From positions 434,001-498,000 of the forward strand of contig JAQGDQ010000074.1 in the NCBI GenBank assembly GCA_030141605.1: a stretch of DNA of 64,000 nucleotides, read 5' to 3'. Origin of the DNA: Tubiluchus corallicola (lineage: Eukaryota > Animalia > Priapulida). A model generated the notes under the pieces. It worked only from the letters and a program-made list of their open reading frames with translations. It did not search any database and was not told where the DNA came from. Shown piece by piece: positions 1 to 12,950 of this stretch (positions within the stretch are counted from its first letter, which is position 1; each line of letters starts with the position of its first letter). The translations under genes and the position numbers were made by a program.

Positions 1-3000
1 CGGGCCTATTTTAAACTAAAATAACGCCATTCAGTTACCACGCAATATAGACACCTATACAGCCAGTTGCTTAAGAAAGCGTTTTGCAGCTGCATTTACT
101 ATTGCCAATTGTAAACAGTCCAAAACGTTGAACGAGAGATTATTAATAGTAATTTTTGTTTTTCGATGAATCTCGTTGTCCAGTATGAAATAAAAACCAG
201 TTAGGCCTACAGACGATAGTATAAGAGTCTCCCAACTTGGCTAGCTAACCCCAACAAAGCAACAAAATAATGAGTTTATCAACCTAAAATAGAACTATAT
301 ATGCTAAGTAACCCACTCGGCACCTACTACATGCTCGCAGCTTCGCTGAATTCCATCCTTATGCGTAAATAAATTATGTACAGCACTTACGCATTTTGAC
401 GTATGATCCTGTGGATTAAAGCCACGTAATCACTTTAAAGTTATAACTATTAAACCGATGACCAATTTTTACATAAACGCAATTAAACATAAAGATTTAA
501 CTAAATAGAATAACGAAAGAAAGAGTGAACTGCACAAGTTTGTAACCTTCAAATCGTCATCAGCTTACGTATTTGTTTTCAAATATGCCCAAAGCGATGT
601 TTGTCTGGCGGGAGATAAGAATGATTTGAAATTCTTTTGCATTTTAAAGCAAGGAATTTTATACCGTATGGTAATTTCAAAATAATTACTAGTGCATTAG
701 AATACAATATATGTCCTTTAAAACGTAAGCAACATCTTAAAACGTAGGGAAGATAAAAAAGCTAATATTAAACCTGGATGTAAGGGCCATCGTATTACAT
801 ATTCAAGGTAATAATCACTGAACCACAAAGCTCCTTTTGATGAAGCAATTAATTAAACCCAAACGGCATTTTCGAATCTAGCACTTTCAGATGTTAGTTT
901 TTCGCACTAGAGTAGTTACTAACTGATTATATTATTCGAATGCCTAAAAGAACTATGGATAAATAATTAATTCCAGAAATAAACACTAATGATGGAACGA
1001 ACCAACAGTATCGGCTAAACCTAGACTTGAACTATTGCCCTTTTTTCTGATTAGTTTATAAGTCGGCGAGCGCTCTTGTAAACTGAATTGTAAACATTTG
1101 ATGAAACAATAATTGAAATCAGTTTTAACGTTGTGTTTTAACGTTACATCCGATTTTTATGGTAACAAAATAAAACAACAGTTGTGCAATCGTTATGTCA
1201 AACCATTGCAAAATATGTTGTTTTTCATTACGGTGCAGCTAGCGAAAGTATTTAAAATTATTCTCTGTGTACGGTATATTTCCAATGAGTGGCAATAACA
1301 AACACGGACTGAGCCAGGTATGTTTTCTATTACACCGCTAAAAGCGGACCGAACTTCCTAGTTATTGAAGCTCTTTGGCGCACTCGTGAGCTTAATAACT
1401 TCAGGATGGTTAATCTTATGGCGTTGTTGGACAGAACAGTGTGGCTGCTAATGTAATTGGTCAGAGTTTAAGAGTGAAGGGCGAAGATAATTAAATGCAC
1501 CGACACTGTTGAGGATTTTAACTATGGCGGACATTAGATGCCATTAATTCCACCGTAAACCGTTTCAACAAGCTCTTGCCTTCAAACGTCATATTATACG
1601 TTAAAAAATCCGTTATCATTCCAATACCGGAGGTAAGGAAAATTCGTAGTCATAAAAGATTCTGTCAGTCGCCTTGAAAATGTACAAACCAGAATTGTCT
1701 GTTGTAGCCAGGATTAAGTTTCTATCACTGGAGAAATTAGCTTCCGTTTTTCCTGTATAGCCAGTTTTTTCCTGAGAGCAAGCGCGAAAAATAGGACAGA
1801 TTTCCTCTAAGCATGAAATCCAGGCTGCTTCTCATCAAGTCTTTGAGTACCTAACAATATATATTATGTTCTTTAAGTTTACTATGTATCTTGGTAACAC
1901 GAATTTTATAATACCTTACACAATACCCCCAATGAACAATTCCCGATTTGCTTTCTCACCTGATCGATCTTGTGTTAATTTAATTGGTATTCATTTGCAT
2001 TTCAAAGCTTTATGGAAGAAGTATATCTTACAAAAATAACTAATATCTGTTCATGCCGATACTGGTCGAAAACAACCAACTGCTTCCTGGTACACGTCCT
2101 CTTTGTCAAAATTACATATCCGATATCTCACTGCAGCCACAACTGCTCTCGGACCTCTAAATTGTTAGATTATCCCACTTATCAGATTATGTAAAGTTGT
2201 GCGATAGTGTCATTGAAAATGTACTCTCTTCCTTGTGGCTAAAATGCCTCGAAATCTTTTAAGAAACTTTTTAAAGACGCCATAGTTCTTTGCGCCATGC
2301 TAACCTTTATGCTACTGGGTTTTGTTAATTCTTTCGCTGGCATTCCAGTGGTTTAAAAGTTATTAAAATATGTGTTTATTTATCTGATAGTTTATAGTCT
2401 ACCAGTCAAAATTATTCTACAAATGCTTCATTTACTTGGTTACACTATTCAACAGTACTCATATAATTGATTGATTGATTATTGATTAAAAAGAATTACA
2501 TATAATGCAGGACGAACAGTATCATAATAAAACGCTTTTGGTCCACTGAACACTTAAAAAATATAAGGCAGGTATATGTACATAGCAAACAGGCTGAAAA
2601 TCACGAACAACTTAATGTTGCAACAAAACATCGAAAAATTCTTTTTAATGCTAAATAGAATTTATACTGTTAGCAATAGTCTTTTCGCATAATATTGTAT
2701 TTAATTGAAAACAAAATTAATTTCGTACTTTGTAAATATAATCTTAAACATGGGCCACTTTACTTAAGGTCACATTCGTAGGCATGCCTCAACAGATTTA
2801 ACTATAAACCTACAAGCATTCAGAGACATACTGAATAGACAATTTAACATCTGTCCTTTAGGAAATGTCTGCCAACGAGACAGCATTAATTTGCAAAATG
2901 GAGGCTCTTAACATTGCTGTTTTGGAGCAAAAACGTAAGATATATTATTACCAAATATTAAGTTACACTTTATACTTAATTTCGAATCGCGAAGACTTGA

Positions 3001-6000
3001 CCCCTGAGCGCAGCTTAATTTACACATCAGATGCTGTGATTTGATACAAAACTCAATTTCATGTCACCCTTGAAATAATTATTAAGGTCTGTGTCCTTTC
3101 CACGCTATTTTATTTAAACAGGCTTAAGGGTTGTGATAGCTTTTCTTCGTCACCGAGATGTCACGCTAATTGATTTTGTCAATTAGCTACTAGAGCCAAA
3201 ACAGATTAAGTTGAAGACTTCTCCATCTTTTGCAGAAAAAAACTCATGCTACACCGTTTGACAGACAATTTTGTCATTTTGTCGTTTGTCATTTATTTTC
3301 TCCCTCGGATTATGTATACTGTCTAATGTTTAATTTGACAAATAACCGGGTTTATTTTATTTTCTTGCAAAAGTTCTATTGTGTTGGTAGTATAGTCTCT
3401 TATGATTAAAACCTAACGTTTACTATTTGCAACCTTGTTGGCTAATTATTTTCGTTTTTAGAGGCAGTCTACAAAAAATATTTTTGTCATCGGTACAGGT
3501 AAAATGTATAGAAAACTCGAAGCACACTACAATGGAAAATAGCTTTAGCAATTACTCTATAATTAGCCTTAAACAGTAATTAGCATAACGTCATTCGTTG
3601 ATCACGAGACATTTTATATTATACACTGTATAGTAATGATTTACTAGCGAAATTAAAACACGCATAAAATTGTTAGCACTTGTGCTGCTTTGCTGCGTAG
3701 GCAGGCCTCGTTCATTTTGGTTATGGATTAAATTTCGAATATCTTTTTAACAGCGTATAGGACAAGCTAAAAGCTGACGCTAACAACCGGAAATTCTTGC
3801 TAAGCTAGGGTTTAGCTTTTCTTAACAGTGTCGTCAAAGGGGCGATGATTGACCATTGCCAGTTCTATTCATCATAGTAAAACCTTAGTTGACCCTGATT
3901 AAACCGCAATTAAACACTATTCGTATGATGATTTTACCCTGCCGTAACTGAACAAATGGAGGCTTGATTGAATGTCAATTGACAGCATTCTATACAAAAA
4001 TCTCTAGGAATGCATAATTGCGTTTATTTGGAATCGCGTTACCCGAAGTCGCAAAGCTGTTAAGAATCGTCTGAATATCAGGCTGAACAAGTTCTCGTAA
4101 TCTCATGTATAATCCTGTTAGTATTATGACACACAAAGCTGTAAACAATCCTCACAAAAATTGCGCGGCATTTATTTTACAAGTTTAAATAATTTAATGC
4201 GCTATTTATAGACTGCCAGAGGTGGAGCAAGACACGTAAAAATGAAACTGACCTACGACATTGAAAATTAAGCCAAGTGTAGCAAGCCTCATACACGATT
4301 AAGAAACGCAAACAGCTTAGATGTGCATTTTTTTCCTTCGAATAGTTTGAAAAAACACTTTGTGTGACCTAAATTGTTATTAGAAAATAGCCTGCTTTTA
4401 TTAACCAGGAATTTATAGTTTCATCTTTATTTTTGTCGCTATCCAAAAAAAAATAATATTTCTGTTCTTTCTCATTTTTATTGTTGCTAAATTTTCAATT
4501 TTTTCCACGTTCTGTATGTGTCAAATTCTTAGAGTTTCGATATAACATTTGCTTTAGTCATGTTTGCTGTAGATATGGATTCATGGTATGTTTCTTTGGT
4601 CCTTTGTGTACTGATCTATATTTGTATAACCTATTCAAAGATTGATAGCCTCGTCTTTAAACTTTTCGGAAATGCAAGTCTTCAGAGAACGTCACAGAAA
4701 CGCGAAACATTTCAATTTTTCGGTGAACCATGCATGAGTATTTTATCAAATAAGCTTAATTAGTTATATTTAGAACTGTGCCATGTTGCCCGGTTCTTTG
4801 ATGCCCTTTAAGCATCAATTTTTACGACTAGCTATGATAAAAATGTAATTTTCTGAAACGTGTAGGTAAATCTGCAGCTTTCTATTATTAAAAAGTTCAA
4901 AATAAGACCCGCCCAATCACGTACGCCGCTGGTAATTAAAGTTAACCGAATTAAACTTGAGTTTTTTCAGTTCTAAAAAAGCCAGGCGGCATCGAAGCCA
5001 AGGTGTTTTTGTACACTATGACACTTATAGGTCCATTATTATGGTTTTTATTTGCCGTGTAAAAATAACATTTCCTAAAATTCTGAGAAGAGCGGCTTTT
5101 TACCCAGCCAACAAGTCCACTTCAAAACACATTTGATTAACAGCTTTTTAAGTGGAGATTTGCAGAAAGTGTAGGAAGCCAAGGCGTTTTTCCGTTTTTC
5201 TGCGGATTCGGCAGTAAATTTGCACCATTGATCAGAGTACGGCTACAAGCCAATATATTTATTCCGTGTACTGTCATAACACACCGCGAAACCGTCTCGT
5301 TATTCATCATGAATCTACCGTTAAGACAGTCACCCTGATAGCGAAATTCCATCACCTGATGACTAATCGATTGATTGAATGGTGTGTTGGTCAGCCTTTT
5401 TTGTTTCCACGCTGTCCACAATATCTTGAAGGTTTTTAGCTAAAAAGTTTTACTCCCGGAGGGTTTGTTACCCTATGATAGACTCAAGTTACAAGTAACA
5501 TTTTTGGCCCTTAATATTGCATTGGTTTCTTTTCTTCATTTTTATATAAGTTTCTGTTGCTCTTCCTTGCATCCAGTGTCATTTAAACATTTACTTTAGC
5601 ATTTTCGAATCTTCCGAGTTAATTTGTTCTTGGATCTCCAATAACTCCAAAAACCCAGGCAAAGTAAGCAAGATGAACAACAACCAGTGGAATAAGTTTC
5701 TAATTGTTGCATGCGCTCCTTCTCTGTTAATGGTGAGCTGGTAACTTCATTTTCTATTTCATCTTTTTTTTTATTGCTTGTCTTCATATCTTAAATTTCA
5801 GGTATAAAAATGACCAAAATAAAAACTCAGCTGCCAGAAACCGGTTTTAGTGTGTCTGCAATAGAATCTCGTTTGGGCATTCCGAGCTCGGGAAATTAAC
5901 TATATTAATCTACATTAGCTTAATCAAAGCTCAGATTAGATAAATGTAGTTATGGAGGCAAAGCTGTTTCCAGTCTTGCAGACTTCTCAGCAGTACAGTA

Positions 6001-8899
6001 CGGTACATGTAAAGGCACCTCACGAAACCGGAATATGAATGAGGAGACAGAGTAGTGACCGGATCCTCTCGTCACGCATAGCTACATCCGGACTGAATGA
6101 CTTGGTTCATGGAACAAGAATATTACAAGTAAAGAAGTGTTCTTCTTTTTTTAAGCTTAGTTCCATCCTGTCAGATCGTGCCAGCGTTAACACAGATGCC
6201 CGTTTTTTTATATTTACAACAAAATTCACAGAAAAATACAAATTGAACAATAATATTACAATGATGTATAACCTAGGTATTACAGTTATGTACGGTATTT
6301 GTAATATTTTTGGTTTGACTACTCTTGCAAAGTACTAAATACATTTTAGCCTTTATTTGAATGCTTATAGTATATAATAGTTAGAATGCAATTAAAAAGC
6401 CCTTGAAACGTCTTTTTAATTCTAAATAATTCTTTCTTGTACATATTTTCTTGAAAGGGGCACAAAAAGGCCAGAGAAGAATGTCTTTAAATTTGCTTGC
6501 GTAGGCTCTAAATTTAATTGCAGTTGCTAAAGTGAAGATTTTTAGTCTTTGCTCGTATATTCTGCCACTTAATGTAATGGCAGTAATTTCTTTTACGGAG
6601 TAGTTAATTCTTTAATCAGAAATGCTTAATGATGAGCGGCAGACGGATATGGCAAAGTCACGTGGTTATCTTTATTGAATCATAATTAGTATCATTTGAA
6701 TATCACTAGCTGCATCTATCTAAGAAATTTATGGCAACGTAATGATTATCTATAAACGCATAAAAGAGGCTTTTTGATGTATTGACAACTTTCGCCTAAC
6801 GATTGATTAAAATCCTAGGCTTTCATTATTTTGACTTTATAGTATAGACAGTTACTATTGGTGACAAGTCAGTGACCTATCAGCCATGCACTATTTCTCT
6901 CATAATTGTCATTTTATTACTACAGAACTAATTGTGCTGAGATGTTCTTATTCCCAAGTGCTCATGCAGAGCAATGAATGTCCTTACCAAGCAGCTAGCA
7001 ATAAGTTGGTTGGCTTACTATTATTGAGATAACAACCTACTTGCGAGATTTCTCTAGGATAGCGCTTCAGTAGTCACTGATTTTGTGTCCTTTGCAAATG
7101 GCTGATAGATGATTGACTGGAAATAATGCTTTAGTTAATTGTTTTCTAACTACAACACGGCTAAGAACTTCCTATTAATGGTTAAACCTATATGTGAACT
7201 GCATCCTATGTCACAGCAGCCGCTAGATCAAACTACATCAGACCATATAGTGCAGGTCAGACTAAGACTAAACCGACCATCCAACCACCTCACAAGATCG
7301 AATTAAATTAAATTTATTCAGGTGAGACCAGATTAGATCAAATTTCGATTAGATTAGATCTGTTCACTCAGACAGCCAAAATAAATTAGAACTTGGTTAA
7401 GCAGTTGTTTCGAGATCAGACAAGACCGAAATCGCCTTTAGTCAGGCGGTGTGAGCCAGAACATAGCTCCAACTAAATACCGCAGTAGCTTATACTAGAT
7501 TATTTCACACCAGTAACTCTGCTTAATGTAGTTAGTTGAGGCTGGACTGGGACTTATCTCATTATTAAGGATAATTATCTAGCATGAGACACTGTGAATA
7601 AGAGAGGTGGCCACGTTCGGATGCTAATACAGATTCCCTTCAGGCGGTAAACAGCCGAAACCTGGTGGTCGACCATCCATTTATTGGCCAGGTTTGCCTT
7701 TTCATAACTTTGATCACTTTGCAGGTGATAAGTCAATTATTCTCTTTTCCCAAAACTTACCAGCCGCTAGTTAATTTTGTCTTTTCTTTAACGTATGTAT
7801 ATCCCTCTGTTATTCGTAAGCTATTTGAATGACACTCATAACCTTATAAAACGAATATTACTTAAATTTCTTCGGCTTTATAATCTATTGAAGATGTAGC
7901 TAATTTTGCCGCAGAATATAACTCATCGGAAAAGCGCCGAAAACGTCCACTTTCCATAAATTAATTACATGTCTTGCACAACTTAATTGCTGTTATGTAA
8001 AAAGAATTTTTCCGATGCGATACTCAATTACGAAAGAGATTAGTGAACAGAGTATACAAGCTGATTATGCATTTCGTTAAACTCGTAGCCCTGCTCGTTA
8101 CTGCCATTGATGAGGAAGCCTGGTAGACGCTGATAGCAAGTTTATTACTAGCTTAAGCCTGCCTCAGCCGGGATTAAGTGTTTTAATTCCACTTCCAGAT
8201 CTGCTACTCTGTAATTTACAAAATACATGCAAGACAAATGCGAACCTTGTTAGTGCGTATAAAAAGGTAAAATAAAATATTGCATATGACTACTGCGACG
8301 TCAAAATTTTAATTTATCACATAAAAATTAAATAATCCTAAACCGTTTATATTGCACAAATTAGGATGTCTTTTCAAAACACTTGTATTGCGGTGTTAAA
8401 GAGCTGTTCAGTAGCCGTTTAATACAGTATAAATCCATTCCAACAGTTCATTAAAACTGTTCATATACTATGTTCAATACAATGATTCAGTATACCGAAC
8501 CATTGTTACTCAAAAACTGCTATTGTAGTGAAGTTATACTGGTGATCGGGAACAACCTTGCTCACTTTGAGAAATCTGAAATTCACAAATAATTTAATTT
8601 TATTGAACATTCATACATATCCACACTTTTGTAGATTAAAATTAACATTCCTTTTTGTTTTCTTTGTGGCTCGACTCATAAATATGACGATTTCACAACA
8701 ACTCTGAGCAGTTTGCATACTTATATCTGCATTTTGACTCGATATGTGCAACGTGCCGTCATAGACATATTTAAATTTCTGCGCAAATTCAGGCATTTGA
8801 TTACAACACTTCTGCTACAAAAAACATAAACAGCGTCGGGCACAAAACCGAACCTTCATATTCCAAAAAATAAAAATTACTTTACTAAATATTAAAAAA

Positions 8900-9172
8900 T
8901 TGTACCAAGTATCATTAATTTTTCCAGTTATTACATTATCGGTCAGAATTTTTGTTGCGCGTTGCTGTAGTGCTACAATATGCGTTAAACTTCGGGTTTC
9001 TACATTATGAGTTTTGGGAGTCTTATATGATGTTAAGTTTTTTATTGCACTACCGGTTAATTTTATTACATTATGCGCTGACTCATTACATTATGCGTTG
9101 ATTTTTATTGCATTATGCGTTAATTTTTTGTTATTTCATTACCGGGCATTTATTACATTATCAGTTGTAACA
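8900..9172. repeat. Dispersed repeat copy 1 (ttacattatgcgtt subrepeats)
   Basis: Collinear similarity to 32878-33150: gtaccaagt...aaacttcgggtt...ttacattatg(c/t)gttgattttta...cattatgcgttaatttttt...ttacattatcagtt. Confidence 0.7.
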
Positions 9173-9348
9173 GTGTTGAATCCCGCTTCACAAAAGTGTC
9201 GAACTACGCAAAAAAGCTACACACTTTGCCAACAGTACTGTAATAAACTAAAAAAGCAACTAAGCGCAAGGTAGTAATAATCTTGCTTGTTTATGATTTC
9301 ATCTATTCATATTGTATTGTTCACAGCAATGTTTTGTTATATTTACAG

Positions 9349-9510
9349 GAGCAATATTTGAAAATACGTATCGAGACGGTACGCTGCAGAAAGTATTTGA
9401 ATATGCAGTTATGAAGGTCAATCAAAATCCAAACATTTTATCAAATCATCGACTAGTAGCTGACATTCGATATGTGCCAGCAGAAAATAGCTTTGAAGCC
9501 TCTAAAACAG
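9349..9510 (+). CDS. iGluR gene 1 ATD exon (GAIFENTYRD...NSFEASKT)
   Basis: tttacag|GA acceptor and G|gtgagg donor. GAIF...F.YAV..VN...DSF/NSF.ASK is the start of the kainate ATD. Confidence 0.9.
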
Positions 9511-12309
9511 GTGAGGTCGAACATTGTTTGACGCAGTAACTAGCTTTACACACGTCACGCTTTATGGTCACGTGTTACCGTAGAGTAGATATTCCTAAAA
9601 AACAATCGAATATAATAAACTTACTTAATTAAAACACTTGCCCTAACTCAAACACTTTCAATTGACTTTCACACCAGCTTTCAATTTTAGCCCATGATAG
9701 ATGAAGTTCAAACGTTTGACAAAGAGGGCGACTATGTGACCGATAATTTAATATTTTTGGGCTGCCTGACGAAAAGGCTGAATCTAGATAACTGGCAAAC
9801 AAAAACGGGAAATTGGGCGAAAGTCGACTAAAATGACCAACCAAAAAGGGAACACATAGTCTTTCTAGTTTGCAAACTGACAGAAAACAAGAGACAGAAT
9901 AGAAGAGGAGAAGAAAAGCGAGGAAAAAAGTGGAGAGAATGGCAGAGGAAGGAAGAAGACGAGAAAGGAAATGGGAGGGTGAAGAGGAGAATTATTTCAT
10001 GGTGATAAGATGAGAATAGAAAATGATTCTCCTGTGCATTTTTGGGTATTGGAATGATGGTAAAGTATTATTTAAAAAGAATAATTAATCTACTATTAAT
10101 TTTCAAAATAAAGTTTGATAGCTACTACGCTAAAATTATTACTGTCGCAAATTCAATGTAAACCTGCATTAAGTATGTTTTTCGTTGTACGTAGTGTACA
10201 ATGCTGTACATAGTCTAGCAATGTTCAAATCTAATTCAAATCTAAATTTACGTAACACGGTATGTGTTATGGCGCATTCAGACTAGCGAGTTTTCTGTCG
10301 CGAACTGCTCTATGAGTTACTGTCGGCAAGAAATTGCAAATTCAGCTACAGTTGCTGCGAGTTGTACTAAAGTGAGCTCTAATCTGGGCATACTATCGAG
10401 TTACTTTACAAGAAAACGTTAGTTTTACATATTTTTATATCCCGAATTCTCCTCAGATATGTTAGGGTTCTAGCAAATGTATATTATACGGGAGGAAAGT
10501 CAGTAAACTTCATGTAAATTGAACAACATTATACCGATTGCAAAAGTAGAAGAGACTACTTTACAAAATTAGACCATAAAAGGTTTGGGAAATCTAATAA
10601 AACACGTTTAGGGAAGAAAACAGAACCCGAAATTTCTAGATACCCAGACATTCCGGGATGAAAAAATACATAGTAACAGCCATTTGTTAATTAAATTGGA
10701 ACAGGCAAAAACTGAAAAGTGGTTGGCCTATATTATTCGCGTTCTCTTTCAATTCAAGAGAGATAGATCGTGGAAATTAAATGGATTTCAATCAACAAAA
10801 TGAAACAAACTAAGCTATAGTGTTTTGAAGTACAGGCTTTATCCATTGAAAACATTGAAGGTTGAATCACAGCAATTACTGATTGCGTTATGAATGTGTA
10901 TGTGTAATAGCTGGACTGATGTTACTTGGATCCTACTGCTCTATAGCCACTTTGTTAAAGTAAACTACTGCGAAAGTATTGTCTAGTTAATCAAGCTATT
11001 AATGAATCAATCACGAAACGCTTGCAGATAAGTGTTGTCATCTCCATTAATAACTAAAACCAATATTGTAATCATAAAAGTGTCTTAGTAAGCGTTTACA
11101 GAAACTCGTAATTTTTAATAACACAGACTCTCTAATGTATGTTGAAGTTACTGTTATTGTTAAAATTGCTGTCTGTTACTGATGATAAAATTGCTGTTTG
11201 TTACTGATGAAGTTGAGGTCTTCTTACTTGTGTGTGTTGTACTTAAATTCGTTTCAAAAAGTTGACCAAATCTGAAACAATATTGAGAAATTAAAAGATT
11301 ATGTTCACGATGAGTTACACGTAACTGAAACTCAATTAATTAAACAATAAAAAATGGGAAGCATTCAATTATCATTAAAAATGTTTTGCAAGTTATAACA
11401 ACCAAACATTATCTTTAACGGTTATTGATTTTTTTAGTGGTTTCGTTTAGCATTTTCGCGGTTTGCGATTGGTAACGGAACGTGTAACGGAATACTCGCA
11501 ATGGCTAAAAATTCTAAAATTTGTAGTTGGGTGGTCGGTATTAACATACCGGGAAGGCAAAGTAAGCTGTTTTGAAATACAAGTATAGCAGTGTAAAGAG
11601 CAGTATAGAGCTCTTTAATTCTAATTTCTAAACTCTCTCAGCGCGCATCCATTTCTCTCTACAACAAAAGCAAAACACTCGAACATCCTTATAAGCAAAG
11701 TATTTCTGCTCGAGTATCATATCCACCAACGATAAATTTAGATGGATGATTAAACTAATTTGCTGTTCGCCTAGTAAATGATTAATGCGGTTTTCAAGAG
11801 ATTCGTGACTCGCTACTGTGAAGTACATGAAATGAAAAGAGTGTGGGCCTGCCTGAGAGAAATTTCTAAATGCAATTTAGCAAGATTTGCTGTCACTGTA
11901 TAGCTGCATTTTCAAGAAGTGTGAGAATGCGTATAAGAAGCAAAGCAAACATAAGTAAAGCCCTAAATGTTTCGAGGAATTTATGGAATAAAGCTTTTTT
12001 GAATCGTGCCTGTAGACTCCGTTGCTTTTCTCGTTACTTCATCATAGATGTTGTATTTACCGTTCACTTCATCTTAGGTATCACACTGTTATGTCATCAT
12101 TTGTGGTTGCCAGTTCCTTGATTAATAATGACACCATCCACTATTATTATCGTTATTAAAGCGTTGTTTCGTCGTTGTTCTTATTGTCTTGCCTTCAGTG
12201 TTAGGGGTAAACCTAAATATCAGTGTTGCTCGTCATATAGCTGGTGTTGTTCCTCTTACCGTTAGCATCTTTATCATTATCGTTTAACATTGTTGTTATT
12301 GTCATTATC

Positions 12310-12950
12310 ACATTCGTCATCACAGCGTCATCACCATCATTATCATCGCCAAGCACAAAGACAAAGGCAACGTTTATTTACTCTCTCTCGTTTTAACAGA
12401 CAACATTAGCACTAACATTTAGCGACTTATACTGATAACAATACAGTTAGGTCGCAACACACAAATAACGAATGACGTTACAGGGTATATGTTATGCACT
12501 CAAGATTGCATGTTGCAGTCCGATATCTAGACCAATCGACCATACAACCCTGGACGATTATTATCATCATCATCACCACCACAATCATCAGCATCACCAG
12601 TAGCGCCACTTTCTTTATTTTCGTCAACATCATCATTCCTGTCTTAATATCATCGTCGTTATTATCGGTACTATCATCAACATCAATCATGTCAGCGTCT
12701 TTACCAAATCATCATCATTCAAGTCGTCACAGTCATAATCATTTCACTGAATACAGCTGTTATTATTATTATCATCATCATCATCATCGTCGTCGTCGTC
12801 GTTATTATCATCATCATTGTTTTTATCACCATTATCATCATCATCATATCATCACCCACATTTCTTCACTGTCACTATCATGACTTGGTTGATGTCATCA
12901 TCATCCACAATATTACTACCATCATCATTGTCAATGTTGTTATGGTCATG
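12310..12950. repeat. Degenerate (ATC/CAT)n trinucleotide low-complexity tract
   Basis: Runs of catcat/tattat/cgtcgt that produce the spurious His/Ile-rich ORFs. Confidence 0.8.

Noticed and set aside
3462-3498. Possible small exon RQSTKNIFVIG that would precede GAIF in frame
   Set aside because: The acceptor and phase-1 donors exist, but it is short, has no start codon or upstream partner identified, and could be chance.
4560-4763. Hydrophobic ORF (MDSWYVSLVLCVLIYICITYS...) as the signal-peptide exon of gene 1
   Set aside because: No suitable phase-1 GT donor after the hydrophobic stretch to join 9349. The first exon is left unassigned.
5137-5787. Two minus-strand ORFs that look like coding remnants (also 14059-14310)
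   Set aside because: No recognisable domain or consistent exon structure; cannot be supported without a homology search.
12478-12883. His/Ile/Met-rich ORFs (also 35024-35251)
   Set aside because: Products of (CAT)n low-complexity DNA, with no splice or homology support.
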